A DNA stretch of 64,000 nt from a candidate division WOR-3 bacterium (GTDB lineage Bacteria > Hydrothermota > 32-111). The notes beneath the pieces are model-generated. The model was given only the letters and a program-made list of their open reading frames with translations. It ran no database searches and was not told the DNA's origin. The DNA is taken from positions 192,001 through 256,000 of the forward strand of contig JBBFKX010000002.1 in the NCBI GenBank assembly GCA_037481815.1, given 5' to 3'. Made by a program: the position numbers and the translations under genes. How positions within the stretch are numbered: position 1 is the stretch's first letter; each line of letters begins with the position of its first letter. Shown here piece by piece: positions 8,087 through 20,887 of this stretch.

Positions 8087-11000
8087 TTAACTTTTCAAAG
8101 GCAGTTTTATTATAAAAGAGACACCATTTTCTCTGTTAACAGCGAATATTGTCCCATTGTGTTCTTTTATTATATTAAATGAGATTGCAAGACCAAGACC
8201 AGTACCACCGCTTTTTGTTGTAAAAAATGGTGCAAAAATCTTTGAGAGGTTCTCTTCGGGTATTCTGGGACCATCGTTATAGATATCTATAACAAGAAAA
8301 TTATCTTCTTTTTTAATCGAAATCTCAATATGACCATTTTTTACAATCGATTGAATAGCATTCAAAAGTATATTCATAAAAACTTCTATCATCTGTTCTT
8401 CGTCAACCATTATCTCCTGAATATCCTCATTTATATTCACATTCAAAGAAATGTTTGTTTCTTCAAGTTTATTCTTTACCATCTCAACCGCATGGTTTAA
8501 TACATCGAGAATGTTCACTTTTGAAAGGAGTACAGTTTTTGCTTTTGCAAAAGATGTCATATCGTTCACAAGTCTGTCCAATCTTTTAACCTCTTTAATC
8601 ACAAGATCTATTGACTCAGTGAGTATATCATCATCCTTAAGCCGCATCTTCAAAAATTCCATTCCGGTTAAAATTCCTGACAGAGGATTTTTGATCTCGT
8701 GCGCCATACCTGCTGCCATCTGTCCAAGCATCGCAAGATTCTCTTTCGCTTTCAATTCATTCTGAATCTTTTTGATTTCAGAAAGATCCTGAATTATACA
8801 TACGAGTTCAAGATCCTTTTCAAACTTTATAGGTGTAATACTTATACCACAGGGAACGTGTCCTCTCTTTTTACTCTTTAAAATTATCTCATCTCTGAAC
8901 AAAGGTTTTTCACTTTTAATAACATTATCAATTATTCCATTTTTATCCTCAAAAAGATCAAGATAATGCATGTTGAAAATCTCATCGGGTTCGTATTCAC
9001 CAATTTTTAAAAGTGAATTGTTAAAATGTATAATCTTACCATTTTTATCTATGTAAACTACACCAGAAGGTATGTTGTTCAAAATCAGATCGGAAATCTG
9101 TAAATCTTTTGAGGATTCTTCGAATCTTGATATGGCAATGATCGCAGTGTTTGCAAGTGTTTCAAGGAACTGTTTATCCGACTGAGAAAAATATCCACTC
9201 TTTTTGTTATCAACACACAATACCCCTAACGTTCTCCCAAGAAACTTTAAAGGAACATTTATAAGATTCTCTACCCTATAATATTTTGATAATGATTTTA
9301 TCGGTTTAAAATATTCACTTTTGGTTACATCGTTTAAAATCAAAGAGTTCCCTGTTTTATAAACATATCCAGCAGCACTATCTGACATATCTTTTATCTT
9401 TTTCAATTTTTCGATTTCTATGCCCAAAGATGCTTTAAAAACAAGTTTCCCATTCTCCTGAAAAAGAAGTGAGGCATAGGTTCCATCAACAATTTTAACA
9501 GCAGATTCAAGTAGATATTTGAAAAACTCTTCAATGCTTTTCACATATATAAGTTTTTCGGTCAGATTACTGATAATATTATACTGTTTCAACTTTCTTT
9601 CGTTTTCATCAAATAGTAGTGCACTCTCAAATTTGATATAAAGTTCCTGAACTATCGCGTTAAAAGTATAATCGTAAATTTTTGTTTTAAGGTTACGATC
9701 AGAAAAAACGATCAGAAGAAATTTATCCTGTTTGTTAACAAAAATGGGTAAAACGGTTGCATATCGTATCTCTTTTTTGAAAAATTCTTTGCTTATTTTG
9801 GGATCATCAAAAAAGTTTGTAACACTCTGATTTATATCTTGTTCAAAATAATATTTTTTCTTGTTCAAAAGGATATTTTTCAACTGTTCATTTTCGAAGT
9901 ATGTTTCTTTAATTTGGTAACTTTCATCTTCGTTTTTTTCAAGGAGCAATGTCGCTTTACTTTTAAGTAAACTTCCAAGAGTCGTTGTAACTATTTTTGA
10001 TAGAAATTTTAGATTCAAAGAACTTCTTAAACTCGTAAAAATTTTGTACAGAATCGTCAACTGTTCAATCTTGTTTTCCGAGTCCATCTGTAAAAGGAGA
10101 GATTTTATAAAACTTGCTGAATTGTTCGATATTATCTTTACTAGTTCAAAATCTTTATCAGTAAAAGGAATCTTCCCAAACCTTGTCAACATTAAAACTC
10201 CAACGAGTTCTCCTTTAAAAATTATCGGTACACATATTCCCGCCTGTGATTGTTTTTTATAACCTTTTGTGTATTCGATATTGGGAAACTTTAAAAGATC
10301 ATCAAGCATCAAAGGTTCTTTCGTGAGAGCAACTGTTCCAGAAACACCTCTACCGACAATAAAATCTCTCTCCATCAATTCCTTTTCATCTATACCTATC
10401 GCTGAAACAGCTCTTAGTTTCTCCTCTTCTGTTTTTACAAGTATAAAACCCCTATCAGCATTTATCTCTGACATTAAAAATTCAAGAAGATTTCTGAAAC
10501 TCTTTTTATAATCTTTATCCTGTGATAATATCTTTGAAACTTTTAATATCACTTCAAGTTTTTTTAAACTTTCATTCTTCTCTTCATAAAGATAAGATTT
10601 ATCGAATATGTTTCCAACCTGTTCGTAAAATGTCTGTATAAAATCCTTTTTGAATCGGTCATTTGCAACATCTTCATCAAATTCTGTGATTATTTTACCA
10701 AAAACCTTTTTGTTGTATATTATAGGTAAATAAACAACATTTTTTACACTTTTATTAACATTTAATTCATCCAATCTTGAACCATAATAATAAAGTACAT
10801 TTTCATCTCTTAAATTTTTAAAATGATCCAGATACTTATTTTTTATTTTGTTCAACTCAAATGTTGTACCATCAAGTTTAAAATATTCATCTTTTAAAAT
10901 ATCAATATAATAAACATTCTTGGGTTTAAGATTCTTAAAATAGTATTTCAAAACCTGAGGAATTAAAATTTTTATATCAATGTTTGAGGAAAAAAGGTTA

Positions 11001-12034
11001 TTCAAATTGTTTACGATTTCTGTTTTCTTTTGAACAAAGTAATACTCTTCTTCTATCATCTTTTTCTCTGTAATGTCCTCTATCAGAATAACAACCCCAA
11101 CACATCTTCCATTCTCTATCAAAGGATAACCATAAAGGTTTTGAACAAGTTCTTTTTTTAACCTTGTGGAATACCTCTTAACTCCAAGCATTCTTCTCGT
11201 CTTTTTTGTCTCTATTATCTCTGCAAGTATTTTATCGAGTTTCAATTCAAGTAGATCAGGGAAAAGATCGAAAATATTTTTTCCGATCATTTCAGAGTTG
11301 GTGAACTTATATTTTTCCGCTGTGAATTTGTTGAACTTGATTATATTCCCTTCTCTGTCCAGAACAATTATCCCCTGTGCAATAGCATCAAAGACAAGAT
11401 TCTGAATCCTTTTTAAACCTTCTATCTCTTTTGTCCATATCTCCTTTTCCTTGAGATCATAAATTATTACTATGGAATAATCTTCCCACGGAAAAATACT
11501 AACCTTTACAGAGCTGGCATTCCCATTTATATCGTACATTTCTATAAAAAGTTCCTGTTTGGTCTTCTTTTTCAGCGATACTATCGTTTTTTCAAGATGG
11601 TCTGGTAAAACATATTCACTAAAATATGTTGCATTACCTAAATATGTATCTCCATATTTTATCTGAAACGATTGGTTTGAAAGTATAACCTTTAAATCTT
11701 TATCAAGAAAACATACAGAAGAATCTATACTATCAAGGAGTTCTGCAAGGAGGTATATGTCCATTATGGATGAAGTGTTCACTTCACTTTTTAAAAATAT
11801 GATGATCTTTTCATAGTTTGGAAAATTAAAATAAATATATTCACCAGAAGAATTATATGAGAAAATATCCTTTTTAAATTTTACCGATGATAAAAATTTT
11901 TTTATATCAAAATCTTTTTCAACGAATTTCTCTTTCCGGTAATCGGATACCACTCTTCCATCATAGGTTGACAAAATGAATGAAATATTTTTTAATTTTA
12001 AAAAATCAAGAAAAGATGTTAAAACATTTCTCAT
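8087..12034 (-). CDS. Large cytoplasmic multi-PAS/GAF sensor histidine kinase
   Basis: PAS ([26 protein letters not shown]), several GAF repeats (CVPII..LVGVL; NVPL..TLGVL), AHEIKNPL H-box, N/G boxes ([20 protein letters not shown]); no TM segment. Confidence 0.9.
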   Translation of the reverse strand: MRNVLTSFLDFLKLKNISFILSTYDGRVVSDYRKEKFVEKDFDIKKFLSSVKFKKDIFSYNSSGEYIYFNFPNYEKIIIFLKSEVNTSSIMDIYLLAELLDSIDSSVCFLDKDLKVILSNQSFQIKYGDTYLGNATYFSEYVLPDHLEKTIVSLKKKTKQELFIEMYDINGNASSVKVSIFPWEDYSIVIIYDLKEKEIWTKEIEGLKRIQNLVFDAIAQGIIVLDREGNIIKFNKFTAEKYKFTNSEMIGKNIFDLFPDLLELKLDKILAEIIETKKTRRMLGVKRYSTRLKKELVQNLYGYPLIENGRCVGVVILIEDITEKKMIEEEYYFVQKKTEIVNNLNNLFSSNIDIKILIPQVLKYYFKNLKPKNVYYIDILKDEYFKLDGTTFELNKIKNKYLDHFKNLRDENVLYYYGSRLDELNVNKSVKNVVYLPIIYNKKVFGKIITEFDEDVANDRFKKDFIQTFYEQVGNIFDKSYLYEEKNESLKKLEVILKVSKILSQDKDYKKSFRNLLEFLMSEINADRGFILVKTEEEKLRAVSAIGIDEKELMERDFIVGRGVSGTVALTKEPLMLDDLLKFPNIEYTKGYKKQSQAGICVPIIFKGELVGVLMLTRFGKIPFTDKDFELVKIISNNSASFIKSLLLQMDSENKIEQLTILYKIFTSLRSSLNLKFLSKIVTTTLGSLLKSKATLLLEKNEDESYQIKETYFENEQLKNILLNKKKYYFEQDINQSVTNFFDDPKISKEFFKKEIRYATVLPIFVNKQDKFLLIVFSDRNLKTKIYDYTFNAIVQELYIKFESALLFDENERKLKQYNIISNLTEKLIYVKSIEEFFKYLLESAVKIVDGTYASLLFQENGKLVFKASLGIEIEKLKKIKDMSDSAAGYVYKTGNSLILNDVTKSEYFKPIKSLSKYYRVENLINVPLKFLGRTLGVLCVDNKKSGYFSQSDKQFLETLANTAIIAISRFEESSKDLQISDLILNNIPSGVVYIDKNGKIIHFNNSLLKIGEYEPDEIFNMHYLDLFEDKNGIIDNVIKSEKPLFRDEIILKSKKRGHVPCGISITPIKFEKDLELVCIIQDLSEIKKIQNELKAKENLAMLGQMAAGMAHEIKNPLSGILTGMEFLKMRLKDDDILTESIDLVIKEVKRLDRLVNDMTSFAKAKTVLLSKVNILDVLNHAVEMVKNKLEETNISLNVNINEDIQEIMVDEEQMIEVFMNILLNAIQSIVKNGHIEISIKKEDNFLVIDIYNDGPRIPEENLSKIFAPFFTTKSGGTGLGLAISFNIIKEHNGTIFAVNRENGVSFIIKLPLKS

Positions 12035-12042
12035 AATCTTCC

Positions 12043-12300
12043 CTATAAATTTATCAGGTTTTCTAAATGCTTCTTCGCATCAGTGTTGTTTTTATCAATT
12101 TCCAGAACCTTTTTAAAACATTCTTTCGCTTTTTCAATATCGTTTATACTTTCGTAAACTATTCCAAGGTTATAATATATATCAGCATCATCGGGAAACA
12201 GGGTTAATCCCTCCTCAAAAATTTTTATCGCTTTTTTGAAGTTCTGGTTCTGGAAATAAAAAAAACCTGCTTCAAGAATTTTTTCTTTATCTGGTTCCAT
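12043..12300 (-). CDS. Small tetratricopeptide repeat protein
   Basis: TPR pattern A.IYYNLG.VY......KA.ECFKKVLEID. Confidence 0.85.
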   Translation of the reverse strand: MEPDKEKILEAGFFYFQNQNFKKAIKIFEEGLTLFPDDADIYYNLGIVYESINDIEKAKECFKKVLEIDKNNTDAKKHLENLINL

Positions 12301-12312
12301 TTTTAAATAATA

Positions 12313-13008
12313 TTATAAATTTTCAATCTTTTCAAGATCTTCTTTCAAACCGATCATGACAAGTATATCCCCTTCTATAATCCTTTCTTTCGGAGATGGT
12401 GATATTATCGTATTTTCTTCAAAACTCAGTTTGTATGAATCGGTTGTTGAGGGCTGTTTCCTTTTGATCGCGATTATGTTTATATCATATCTTTTTCTTA
12501 TGTCTATCTCCTCTATAGTTTTCCCAACAAAAATTTCAGGAGTTTTTATCTCAACAAGATTATATGAAGGTGAAAGTTCGATAATGTCAAAAATTGATGG
12601 AGAGATAAGGGTATTTGCAAGCCGATCTGCACTTTCAAGTTCTGGATATATTATTCTGTCGACACCGATCTTTTCAAGAACTTTTCCATGTTTTTGATCA
12701 CTCGCTTTCGCAATAACCTTTCTTATTTTTAAGTCCTCTTTCAAAAACGAGGAAAGAAGTATACTTGTTGCTATATCCTTTATAGCGATAATAGCGACAT
12801 CAACATCCATAAGACCAACTTCTTTTAATCCTTTTTCATCAAGTGCATTCAACTGTATAGCATGTGTAACTTTATTTGAAATATCATCAATTTTACCTTC
12901 ATCAGAATCTATTGCTATCACCTCATATCCTTTCTCTGAAAGTTTTGTAGCTACATGATATCCAAAACTGCTAAGCCCTATAACTGCAAAAAACTTTTTA
13001 TCAGACAT
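12313..13008 (-). CDS. ktrA: KtrA/TrkA family K+ uptake regulatory subunit
   Basis: RCK_N (IGLSSFG, IAKA..HGKVLEKIGVDRIIYPE) and RCK_C (INIIAIKR, GDILV); adjacent to ktrB. Confidence 0.9.
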   Translation of the reverse strand: MSDKKFFAVIGLSSFGYHVATKLSEKGYEVIAIDSDEGKIDDISNKVTHAIQLNALDEKGLKEVGLMDVDVAIIAIKDIATSILLSSFLKEDLKIRKVIAKASDQKHGKVLEKIGVDRIIYPELESADRLANTLISPSIFDIIELSPSYNLVEIKTPEIFVGKTIEEIDIRKRYDINIIAIKRKQPSTTDSYKLSFEENTIISPSPKERIIEGDILVMIGLKEDLEKIENL

Positions 13009-13017
13009 AAAACCTCC

Positions 13018-14397
13018 TTATCCAACAAGGATCTTTGCCTTTGGATACTGGAATGAATCTCTCCTATCTTTTGTTAAAAATATGTTCACAGCGGTCAAAA
13101 CTCCAACTCTTCCGATCAGCATCACAAACATTATAACAAACTTTCCCAAAGGAGTAAAATTCGCAACAAGTGAAACGTTTGGAAGTTTTCCACCCAAAGA
13201 TAAACCAACAGTTCCATACGCTGAAATGACTTCAAAAATCACTCTAAATGGCTCATCATTTTCACTGACAAGAAGGATCAAAATCGCAAAAACAACAATG
13301 AATATCGTAATCGTGAATATAAAATATGACTTCATTATCATTTCCTCATCCACCCTTCTTTTAAAAATGTTGAGATTCCTTCTTCCTCTGAGATTGTTTA
13401 TCATATAACTGACAACAAGATAAAAAGTTGTTGTTTTTATACCACCACCGGTTCCTCCAGGAGATGCTCCTATAAACATAAGTATTATCAAAAGAAAGAT
13501 TGATGAACTATTCAACAGAGCAAAATCAATCGTATTAAAACCTGCTGTTCTTGGAGTTACGATTTGAAACAAAGAGTTAAAAATCTTTCCAAAAATATCC
13601 AGTTCCTTTAAGGACGAGTTACTTTCAAACATAAAGAATAAAAAGAAAGGAATCACGATAAGAAGAGAAGTCATTATTATCACTATTTTTGAATGATTCT
13701 CAAATCTTTTATAATAAAATCTGTTTTTATATACATCTCTAACAACTATAAATCCAATTCCTCCTAAAACTATCAATACGATAACTGTTAAAATAATAAT
13801 CGGATCGTTTCTGAAATCATACAGGTTCGTTGAAAAGGTTGAAAAACCTGCATTACAAAAAGATGATATCGAATGAAAAATGGAACAGAATATCGCATCA
13901 GGAACATTTTCAATAACCTGAATGAACCTGAAAAACATTATTACACTTCCTAAAAGTTCAACTGAGAAAACAAACAATAAAAGTTTTAAAATATAACTTT
14001 TAATCTCTTTACTGGAAAACTTTTGAAATTCTTGAAGAGTTTGAAACCTGATGTTTGAATCAACCCTTTTCGCTATCGCAAGCGTAAAAAAAGTTGAAAT
14101 CATAACATATCCGAGGCCACCAATCTGGATCAAAAGTAATATGATAAACTTTCCAAAAGGGGAGAAAAAAGTTGCAGTATCTTTAACTATCAAACCTGTA
14201 ACACATACAGCAGAGGTTGAAGTAAAAAGCGCATCTATAAAATTGATATTAACTTTCGGATCAGCATGAGAAATAGGCAAAGAAAGAAGGAGTGCTCCCG
14301 AAATTATAAAAACAATATATCCAAAAATGATCACAAGGGAAGGGTTCACCTTCTTCACTGTAAAATCATTTTCAAAATAATATTTTTGCTGTTTCAT
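13018..14397 (-). CDS. ktrB: KtrB/TrkH family K+ uptake membrane subunit
   Basis: Four filter motifs VTGL, NAGF, TAGF, TVGL; PGGTGGGIKTT; GRVG. Confidence 0.92.
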   Translation of the reverse strand: MKQQKYYFENDFTVKKVNPSLVIIFGYIVFIISGALLLSLPISHADPKVNINFIDALFTSTSAVCVTGLIVKDTATFFSPFGKFIILLLIQIGGLGYVMISTFFTLAIAKRVDSNIRFQTLQEFQKFSSKEIKSYILKLLLFVFSVELLGSVIMFFRFIQVIENVPDAIFCSIFHSISSFCNAGFSTFSTNLYDFRNDPIIILTVIVLIVLGGIGFIVVRDVYKNRFYYKRFENHSKIVIIMTSLLIVIPFFLFFMFESNSSLKELDIFGKIFNSLFQIVTPRTAGFNTIDFALLNSSSIFLLIILMFIGASPGGTGGGIKTTTFYLVVSYMINNLRGRRNLNIFKRRVDEEMIMKSYFIFTITIFIVVFAILILLVSENDEPFRVIFEVISAYGTVGLSLGGKLPNVSLVANFTPLGKFVIMFVMLIGRVGVLTAVNIFLTKDRRDSFQYPKAKILVG

Positions 14398-16687
14398 AAA
14401 TGTTTTTCACAAAATAAAATTTTAAATCCTTTTTAACCTTTTTCGGTATTTTTGATAAATTTGATCTATTCTTTTCCGGAATGATTATATTTTTGATCCC
14501 ATCTATCTGTGCTGCAACGATTTTTTCAAACAAACCACCAACAGGTAAAACATTCCCTGTTAAAGTTATCTCCCCTGTCATTGCAAAACCACCTTTTACA
14601 GGTTTTTTAGTTAACGCTGAGATCAGCGATACAACAAGCGTTATACCCGCAGATGGTCCATCTTTAGGTATCGCTCCTTCTGGGATGTGTATATGTGTAT
14701 CAAATTTTTTATAGAATTCAGGATCTATGTCAAAAAGTTTATAGTTTTTTCTCAAATAACTTATCGCTGTAGCAGCAGATTCTTTCATCACATCACCAAT
14801 CTGTCCTGTTAATTGAACATTTCCATTGCCTTCCAATATAACAGTTTCAACAGTCAAAACTTTTCCACCATTTGGAGTCCAGGCAAGGCCGTTTACAATT
14901 CCAGGTATATTTCTTTTCTCTTTCGTTCTTTCAATATAAAGTTCAGGGCCAAGATATTTTACAACCTCTTCTTTTCCAATTTTTTTATTTTTTATCTTTT
15001 CACCGATCGCTATCTCTTTTGCTCTCTTTCCCATTATCGCCTGTATATTTTTTTCAAGTCCTCTTATTCCAGCCTCTGGAGAATAGTTTCGTATTATTTT
15101 TACTAACGCTTCATTTTCAAACTGTATATCATTTTTCCTCAAACCTGATCTTTTCATCATTCTGGGAATCAAGAATTTTTTTGAGATTTCAACCTTTTCA
15201 AATTCAAGGTATCCCGGGATCTCGATTATCTCCATTCGATCCCTTAAAGCTGGAGGAATCGTATGAACAACATTAGCGGTGCAGATGAAAAGAACCTTTG
15301 AAAGATCGTATTCCAATTCAAGATAATTATCTGAAAAACTGTTGTTTATCTGAGGATCGAGGATCTCAAGAAAAGCGTTCGAAGGATCACCTCTATAATC
15401 CCCACCAAGTTTATCTATCTCATCAAGCATGAATACTGGATTTATGACTCCTGCTCTTTTCATCATCTGAATTATTCTGCCTGGCATAGCACCAACATAT
15501 GTTCTTCTGTGACCCTTTATCTCCGATTCATCTTTAATCCCACCAAGAGAAATCCTTACAAACTTTCTTCCCATAGCTTCAGCTATCGATTGACCGAGCG
15601 AGGTTTTTCCAACACCTGGAGCCCCAACAAAACATAGTATATGACCTTTACTATCCTTTGATAACTTTAAAACTGAAAGATACTCAAGAATCCTTTCTTT
15701 CACCTGAGTCAATCCATAATGATTCTTCGTAAGAATCTTTTTTGCAAGTTTAATATCAAAATTATCCTGTGTCATCTTTTTCCACGGAAGTGAAAGGAGC
15801 CAATCAAGATAGTTCTTAATGATATTATATTCCGGGGAATATGTTGTCAACGATTTCAACCTGTTCGCTTCTTCAAGTGCTTTTTCTTTTGCGTGTTCAG
15901 TTAGATCAGATTTCAAAATTTTATTTTTTATTTTTGAAAATTCATCTTCCTGTTCAAAAGAATATCCAAGTTCTCTGTTGATTATTCTCAACTGTTCTTT
16001 AAGAAAAGATTTTCTTGCATCCTCTTTACTCTTTTCAATAACCTCATCGTATATTCTCTTCTCGATTTTTTTCTTTTCGATTTCTTGGCTGATAAATACA
16101 AGTAGATTTTTGATACGGGTCTCGACATCGGTTTCAAGTATAAAACTGTTGAAGGATTGTTTATCAAGGTCTATCAATGAAATCAACTCTTCGGAAAGTA
16201 GAAAAAGATCCTTTTCTGAATTAATTTTGTATAAAGAATCATAATAAGTGTTGTTATAATTTGATAGTTCTTTAAAGTTCTTTTTTAAAAGATTCAAATA
16301 CGCTTCAGAGAGATTCTCATCTTTTATTTCCTTAAAATAAACTTTTTCACATTTAACCTTTTTATAGTTGTTATAATCTATAACCTTTATAATCTTGACA
16401 TAATCAACAGGAGAAACAAACAATCTTAAAACCCTCTCACCAACATTTTCTTTTTTTAACACTTTCAAAATTAAACCTGACAGATGTTCATTATCAAAAC
16501 ATTTTAAAACTATAAATTCCCCTTCCGAGATTTCAATTTTCTGAAAATCGATATCTACCTTATCGATAAGATCAATTTTCTTTAGAGTTTTTAGGGAAAA
16601 TTTTTGATCACTGTTTTTAAAGGAGAGATCTATTAAAAGAAACAATGAATCAAAGGAAAAATTTTCTTTTTCAACCATATCAACCAT
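14372..16687 (-). CDS. lon: ATP-dependent Lon protease
   Basis: [29 protein letters not shown] (Ser), downstream Lys (GLFEK); divergent N domain. Confidence 0.95.
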   Translation of the reverse strand: MVDMVEKENFSFDSLFLLIDLSFKNSDQKFSLKTLKKIDLIDKVDIDFQKIEISEGEFIVLKCFDNEHLSGLILKVLKKENVGERVLRLFVSPVDYVKIIKVIDYNNYKKVKCEKVYFKEIKDENLSEAYLNLLKKNFKELSNYNNTYYDSLYKINSEKDLFLLSEELISLIDLDKQSFNSFILETDVETRIKNLLVFISQEIEKKKIEKRIYDEVIEKSKEDARKSFLKEQLRIINRELGYSFEQEDEFSKIKNKILKSDLTEHAKEKALEEANRLKSLTTYSPEYNIIKNYLDWLLSLPWKKMTQDNFDIKLAKKILTKNHYGLTQVKERILEYLSVLKLSKDSKGHILCFVGAPGVGKTSLGQSIAEAMGRKFVRISLGGIKDESEIKGHRRTYVGAMPGRIIQMMKRAGVINPVFMLDEIDKLGGDYRGDPSNAFLEILDPQINNSFSDNYLELEYDLSKVLFICTANVVHTIPPALRDRMEIIEIPGYLEFEKVEISKKFLIPRMMKRSGLRKNDIQFENEALVKIIRNYSPEAGIRGLEKNIQAIMGKRAKEIAIGEKIKNKKIGKEEVVKYLGPELYIERTKEKRNIPGIVNGLAWTPNGGKVLTVETVILEGNGNVQLTGQIGDVMKESAATAISYLRKNYKLFDIDPEFYKKFDTHIHIPEGAIPKDGPSAGITLVVSLISALTKKPVKGGFAMTGEITLTGNVLPVGGLFEKIVAAQIDGIKNIIIPEKNRSNLSKIPKKVKKDLKFYFVKNIYETAKILF

Positions 16688-17861
16688 TTTTGAAAAACTC
16701 TTTGAGATCTTTTTCGGTGACTTTCACCACTTTTATATCATCCCTCTCAGGTATTTCAAACATTATATCAAGCATATACGATTCGATTATAGATTTCAAG
16801 CCCCTCGCTCCCGTTTTCTTCTCTTCTGCTTGTTTCGCAATAAAATCAAGAGCACCATCTGTGAACTCAAGTTTCTTTCCATCAAGTAAAAGAAGTTTTT
16901 CATATTGTTTTATTATAGAATTTTCAGGTTCATATAAAATCTTTACAAGTTCTTCATGTGTTAGTTCAAAAAGTGGGGCTATTATTGGAAACCTTCCGAT
17001 AAATTCAGGTATCATTCCAAAATTGATAAAATCTCTGTGTTCTACTTTTTTCAGAACCATCCTGTCAAAATCATCTTTATCAACATTATCATTTTTGAAA
17101 CCTATTGTTGTTTTATCCATTCTTTCTTTGATTATCTGATCGATCGAGTTGAATGCACCCCCCGCTATAAAAAGAATGTTGGTTGTATCAAGCTGAATAT
17201 ATTTTTGTTCAGGGTGTTTCCTTCCACCATAGGGTGGGATGTTGGCTATCGTTCCTTCAAGTATCTTCAAAAGTGCCTGCTGAACACCTTCTCCAGAAAC
17301 ATCTCTTGTGATCGATGGATTTCCAGCATTTTTACTACCTATCTTATCAATCTCATCAATATAACATATTCCCACCTTTGCTCTTTCAAGATCAAAATCG
17401 GATGATATGATCAATCTGAGAAGTATGTTTTCAACATCCTCTCCAACATATCCTGCTTCAGTTAAAGATGTAGCATCAGAGATTGAGAAAGGAACATCAA
17501 GAATCTGAGCTAAGGTTCTTGCTATCAAGGTTTTTCCAACTCCTGTAGGTCCAAAAAGAAGAATGTTTGACTTTTCTATCCCTCCTTTAACTCCTAATTT
17601 TATTCTTTTGTAATGGTTATAAACACCAACTGAAACAACCTTTTTGGCATATTCCTGACCTACTATGTACTTATCAAGTTCATGCTTTATTTCTTTTGGA
17701 GTTGGAAGTTTTTTTATAATCCAATCATTTTCTTTGCTGTCTTGTTCTTTTTGTACAAGAAGTCCAGCACATTGAAAACAAAATTTTTTGTTATTTAATA
17801 CTATATAATCAGAAGATATCTCTTTCAAACATCCTTCACATCGATTTTCATTTTTTTTCAT
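16680..17861 (-). CDS. clpX: Clp protease ATPase subunit ClpX
   Basis: [36 protein letters not shown] loop, TGARGL. Confidence 0.96.
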   Translation of the reverse strand: MKKNENRCEGCLKEISSDYIVLNNKKFCFQCAGLLVQKEQDSKENDWIIKKLPTPKEIKHELDKYIVGQEYAKKVVSVGVYNHYKRIKLGVKGGIEKSNILLFGPTGVGKTLIARTLAQILDVPFSISDATSLTEAGYVGEDVENILLRLIISSDFDLERAKVGICYIDEIDKIGSKNAGNPSITRDVSGEGVQQALLKILEGTIANIPPYGGRKHPEQKYIQLDTTNILFIAGGAFNSIDQIIKERMDKTTIGFKNDNVDKDDFDRMVLKKVEHRDFINFGMIPEFIGRFPIIAPLFELTHEELVKILYEPENSIIKQYEKLLLLDGKKLEFTDGALDFIAKQAEEKKTGARGLKSIIESYMLDIMFEIPERDDIKVVKVTEKDLKEFFKNG

Positions 17862-18447
17862 TTATTTTCCTTGATGTTATAACACTATCAATGATTCCAT
17901 AATCTTTTGCCTCATCAGCACTCATCCAGAAATCTCTATCAGAATCAACCTCTATCTGTTTCAAATCTTTTCCTGTGTGAAGTGAGATTATCTCGTTGAG
18001 TTTCTGTTTTATTCTTAAAATCTCCTTTGCATGTATCTCTATATCTGATGCCTGTCCCTGAACTCCTCCCATCGGTTGATGTATCAGTATCCTTGAATTC
18101 GGTAAAGCGAACCTTTTTCCCTTTGCTCCAGCCATAAGTATAACAGCTGCCATACTCGCTGCAACTCCCATACAGATTGTTGATACATCACATTTGATAT
18201 ACTGCATCGTATCGTAGATCGCAAGTCCACTGCTAACTATTCCACCATTCGAGTTGATATAAAGGTTTATATCTTTATCTGGATTATCGGCTTCAAGAAA
18301 CAACATCTGTGCTATGATCAGATTCGCTGTCTCATCATCGATCGGTCCACCAAGAAAAATTATTCGATCAACAAGAAGTCGAGAGTATATATCGTATCCT
18401 CTCTCTCCTCTTCCAGTTCTTTCAACAACCATCGGAATAAGAGTCAT
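17848..18447 (-). CDS. clpP: Clp protease proteolytic subunit
   Basis: DIYSRLL, AASMA (Ser), IHQP (His), DRD. Confidence 0.97.
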   Translation of the reverse strand: MTLIPMVVERTGRGERGYDIYSRLLVDRIIFLGGPIDDETANLIIAQMLFLEADNPDKDINLYINSNGGIVSSGLAIYDTMQYIKCDVSTICMGVAASMAAVILMAGAKGKRFALPNSRILIHQPMGGVQGQASDIEIHAKEILRIKQKLNEIISLHTGKDLKQIEVDSDRDFWMSADEAKDYGIIDSVITSRKINEKK

Positions 18448-18466
18448 AAAAACTCCTTTTTTAATT

Positions 18467-19705
18467 TTAAACTATTTCCACTCTGCTGTTTATAAGATCC
18501 ATCGCTTTATTGTAAATTATTGATTTTTCGATTTCCTCTCTCACACCTTCATCATCTGCCATCTCTCTCACTTTTGAGTTTGGATGCTGTTTTATTTTGT
18601 TTATTTCATCCTGAATCTCTTCCTCTGTTGCTTTTATATTTTCCTGCAAGGATATTCTTGTTAAGATTATCTCTCTCTTTGCTCTCCAGACAGCATAGTT
18701 AAGGTATAGTTCCTGAAGTTTTTCATCATTTTCAAACTCTTTTCTTCCTGAATTTTTCAAAGAGTTCAATATCGATTCAAGATGCATCTGAACAAGAGAT
18801 TTCGGTGGTTCAAAAGGATTCTGTTCTATAATATAGTTTATGATCTTCTCTTCCTTTTCAAGTTCATAATCTCTGTTAATATCGTTTTCAAGCCGTTTTC
18901 TTGTGATATCCTTCAAACTCTGAAAACTTTCAAATCCAAAGTTTTTAGCAAAAACTTCATCATCGTTTTCAACAATTTTTCTTTTGACCTGTTTTACATC
19001 TATTCCTATCGTTACCTTCTTTCCTTTGAGTAATTCATCCTGGTAATCCTCAGGATACTGATAATCGAATTCTACTTTATCTCCCCTCTTTTTACCCTTT
19101 AAATTTTCTATGAAAACAGGAAGTATCTCTCCTTCAGTTAATTCGATCGAAAAATCTTTATAGTTTAAATCCTCGATCTCTTTTCCATCTTGATCTTTAA
19201 AACTCAAATCGACTATCGCAATGTCTCCTATCTCTATTTCACCTTCTTTATCCTCAATTTTTGCATAAAGATTTTTCAAAAGTTTTATATTGTTCTGTAT
19301 CATTTCATCATCAACATCTTTCTTTTTTATGTTTATTTTTATTTTGTCATAATTTTTGATCTCGATTTCTGGATAGATATCAAATTCAACAACAAAATTG
19401 ATTTTTTCAATCCCTTTTTCAACTTTTGAAACTACAGGTCTTGAAAGAATATGGAATTCCCTTTCTTTCAAAACATTTAAAAAACCTCTCTGAATGAGTT
19501 TTTCCTCTGTTTCCTCTTCTATCTGAGTTTTGTATTTACTTTCGATTAGATTCTCTGGAACTTTACCAGGTCTGAAGCCATCAATTTTAACTTCATTTTT
19601 GATTTCCTGTAAAACTCGTTTGTATTCAACAAGAAACTCTTCGTTGGTAAAACTTATGTTTAAAACAACATGCCAGTTTTCCTTCTGTTCAAAATTGTAT
19701 TCCAT
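18467..19705 (-). CDS. tig: Trigger factor
   Basis: GFRPGKVP signature; tRNA-Leu-tig-clpP-clpX-lon synteny. Confidence 0.93.
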   Translation of the reverse strand: MEYNFEQKENWHVVLNISFTNEEFLVEYKRVLQEIKNEVKIDGFRPGKVPENLIESKYKTQIEEETEEKLIQRGFLNVLKEREFHILSRPVVSKVEKGIEKINFVVEFDIYPEIEIKNYDKIKINIKKKDVDDEMIQNNIKLLKNLYAKIEDKEGEIEIGDIAIVDLSFKDQDGKEIEDLNYKDFSIELTEGEILPVFIENLKGKKRGDKVEFDYQYPEDYQDELLKGKKVTIGIDVKQVKRKIVENDDEVFAKNFGFESFQSLKDITRKRLENDINRDYELEKEEKIINYIIEQNPFEPPKSLVQMHLESILNSLKNSGRKEFENDEKLQELYLNYAVWRAKREIILTRISLQENIKATEEEIQDEINKIKQHPNSKVREMADDEGVREEIEKSIIYNKAMDLINSRVEIV

Positions 19706-19724
19706 AAATACTCCTTATATTTTA

Positions 19725-19806
19725 TGCGAAAGGGGGGAGTTGAACCCCCACAGTGTTACCTACTGGATCCTAAGTCCAGCGCGTCTGCCAATTCCGCCAC
19801 TTTCGC
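19725..19806 (-). tRNA. tRNA-Leu (anticodon TAG), CCA not encoded
   Basis: GCGAAAGTGGCGGAATTGGCAGACGCGCTGGACTTAGGATCCAG...GGGGGTTCAACTCCCCCCTTTCGCA; long variable arm; followed by TAA rather than CCA. Confidence 0.95.
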
Positions 19807-19820
19807 GGATTTAATTTTTT

Positions 19821-19849
19821 ATTTTATATAATAAAATTATATCTGTCAA
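19821..19849 (-). promoter_or_regulatory. sigma70 promoter of tRNA-Leu/tig operon
   Basis: TTGACA-N17-TAAAAT, 14 nt before the mature tRNA. Confidence 0.7.
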
Positions 19850-19883
19850 TAATGATGGGAACTATGTAAAGTAAAAAAATCAG

Positions 19884-20864
19884 TTATTTTACCCTATCAA
19901 GATTTTCCTTATATTTTTTTGTATCCTCGTTATTTTCACCATTCTCTTTTTTGGATAGATCGTAGGCTTTCTGATAATACTTTTTAGCATCCGATTTTTT
20001 CCCTAACTTTTCATAAGCAAGACCCATATTGTTATAAGTATTTGCAAGTTCAATGTTATTTTTCGACTTCTCAAAAACCTCAGTAGCCTTTTTATAATAT
20101 TCAAGGGCTTTATTGTATTCACCCGTATAATCGTATAACACACCATAGTCGTTGTATGTTACACCTAATTGATTGTTATTGTACCCACCATTAACCTTTA
20201 AAACACTTAGAGATTTTTCAAAATATGGTTGTGCACCTTCATAATCATCTGAATTTATATAAAGCCAGGCAAGTGTTCTATAATCTACACCAACAAGGGT
20301 ATCATTTTTTCCATAAGTTTTTTCTTCAACCTCTATCATTTTTTTCATATATTTTATAGCGTTAGGATAATCATAAGCGTATTCATAAATCTGATAAAGA
20401 TCATAGTAAGGCATAATAAGATTTTCGTTGTAATCACCATAACTGTTGTTTTCCTCAAACCAGTTTACTGCATCTAAGAGATTTTCAGTTGCAAGATCAT
20501 CGTAAAAATAATCAAAATAAAGATCTCCAAGATTTGTTTTAACTATCGCAACATTCTTCTTCTCAGCATCACCACTCGCTTTGAAGGCGGTTATACTTTT
20601 ATTGAAATATGTTTCAGATTCATCAAACTTATCAAGTTTTTTCGATATGAGTCCAAGGATATTGTAAGCATGTCCTGCCTCAACACTTTTTGAATCATAC
20701 TTATTTAAAGTGTAATCGAGTAATTCTTGCGCTTTTTTATATCCCATCTCATAGTTTCCATTTGTGTAATAATTGTTTACGGTATCATATTTATCCTGCC
20801 ATTCATCAGCAAAAGCAAAAAGAGTAAAAATTAACATAATAACCAAAACAAAAAACTTTTTCAT
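19884..20864 (-). CDS. Exported TPR-repeat protein
   Basis: Signal peptide MKKFFVLVIMLIFTLFAFA; long (kinesin light chain-like) TPRs such as LANTYNNMGLAY. Confidence 0.8.
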   Translation of the reverse strand: MKKFFVLVIMLIFTLFAFADEWQDKYDTVNNYYTNGNYEMGYKKAQELLDYTLNKYDSKSVEAGHAYNILGLISKKLDKFDESETYFNKSITAFKASGDAEKKNVAIVKTNLGDLYFDYFYDDLATENLLDAVNWFEENNSYGDYNENLIMPYYDLYQIYEYAYDYPNAIKYMKKMIEVEEKTYGKNDTLVGVDYRTLAWLYINSDDYEGAQPYFEKSLSVLKVNGGYNNNQLGVTYNDYGVLYDYTGEYNKALEYYKKATEVFEKSKNNIELANTYNNMGLAYEKLGKKSDAKKYYQKAYDLSKKENGENNEDTKKYKENLDRVK

Positions 20865-20887
20865 TTCTCCTCCTTCTGTTAAAAAAG

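Noticed and set aside
19700..19900. Genomic island integrated at tRNA-Leu
   Set aside because: No integrase or duplicated tRNA 3' end seen; standard tRNA-Leu-tig context
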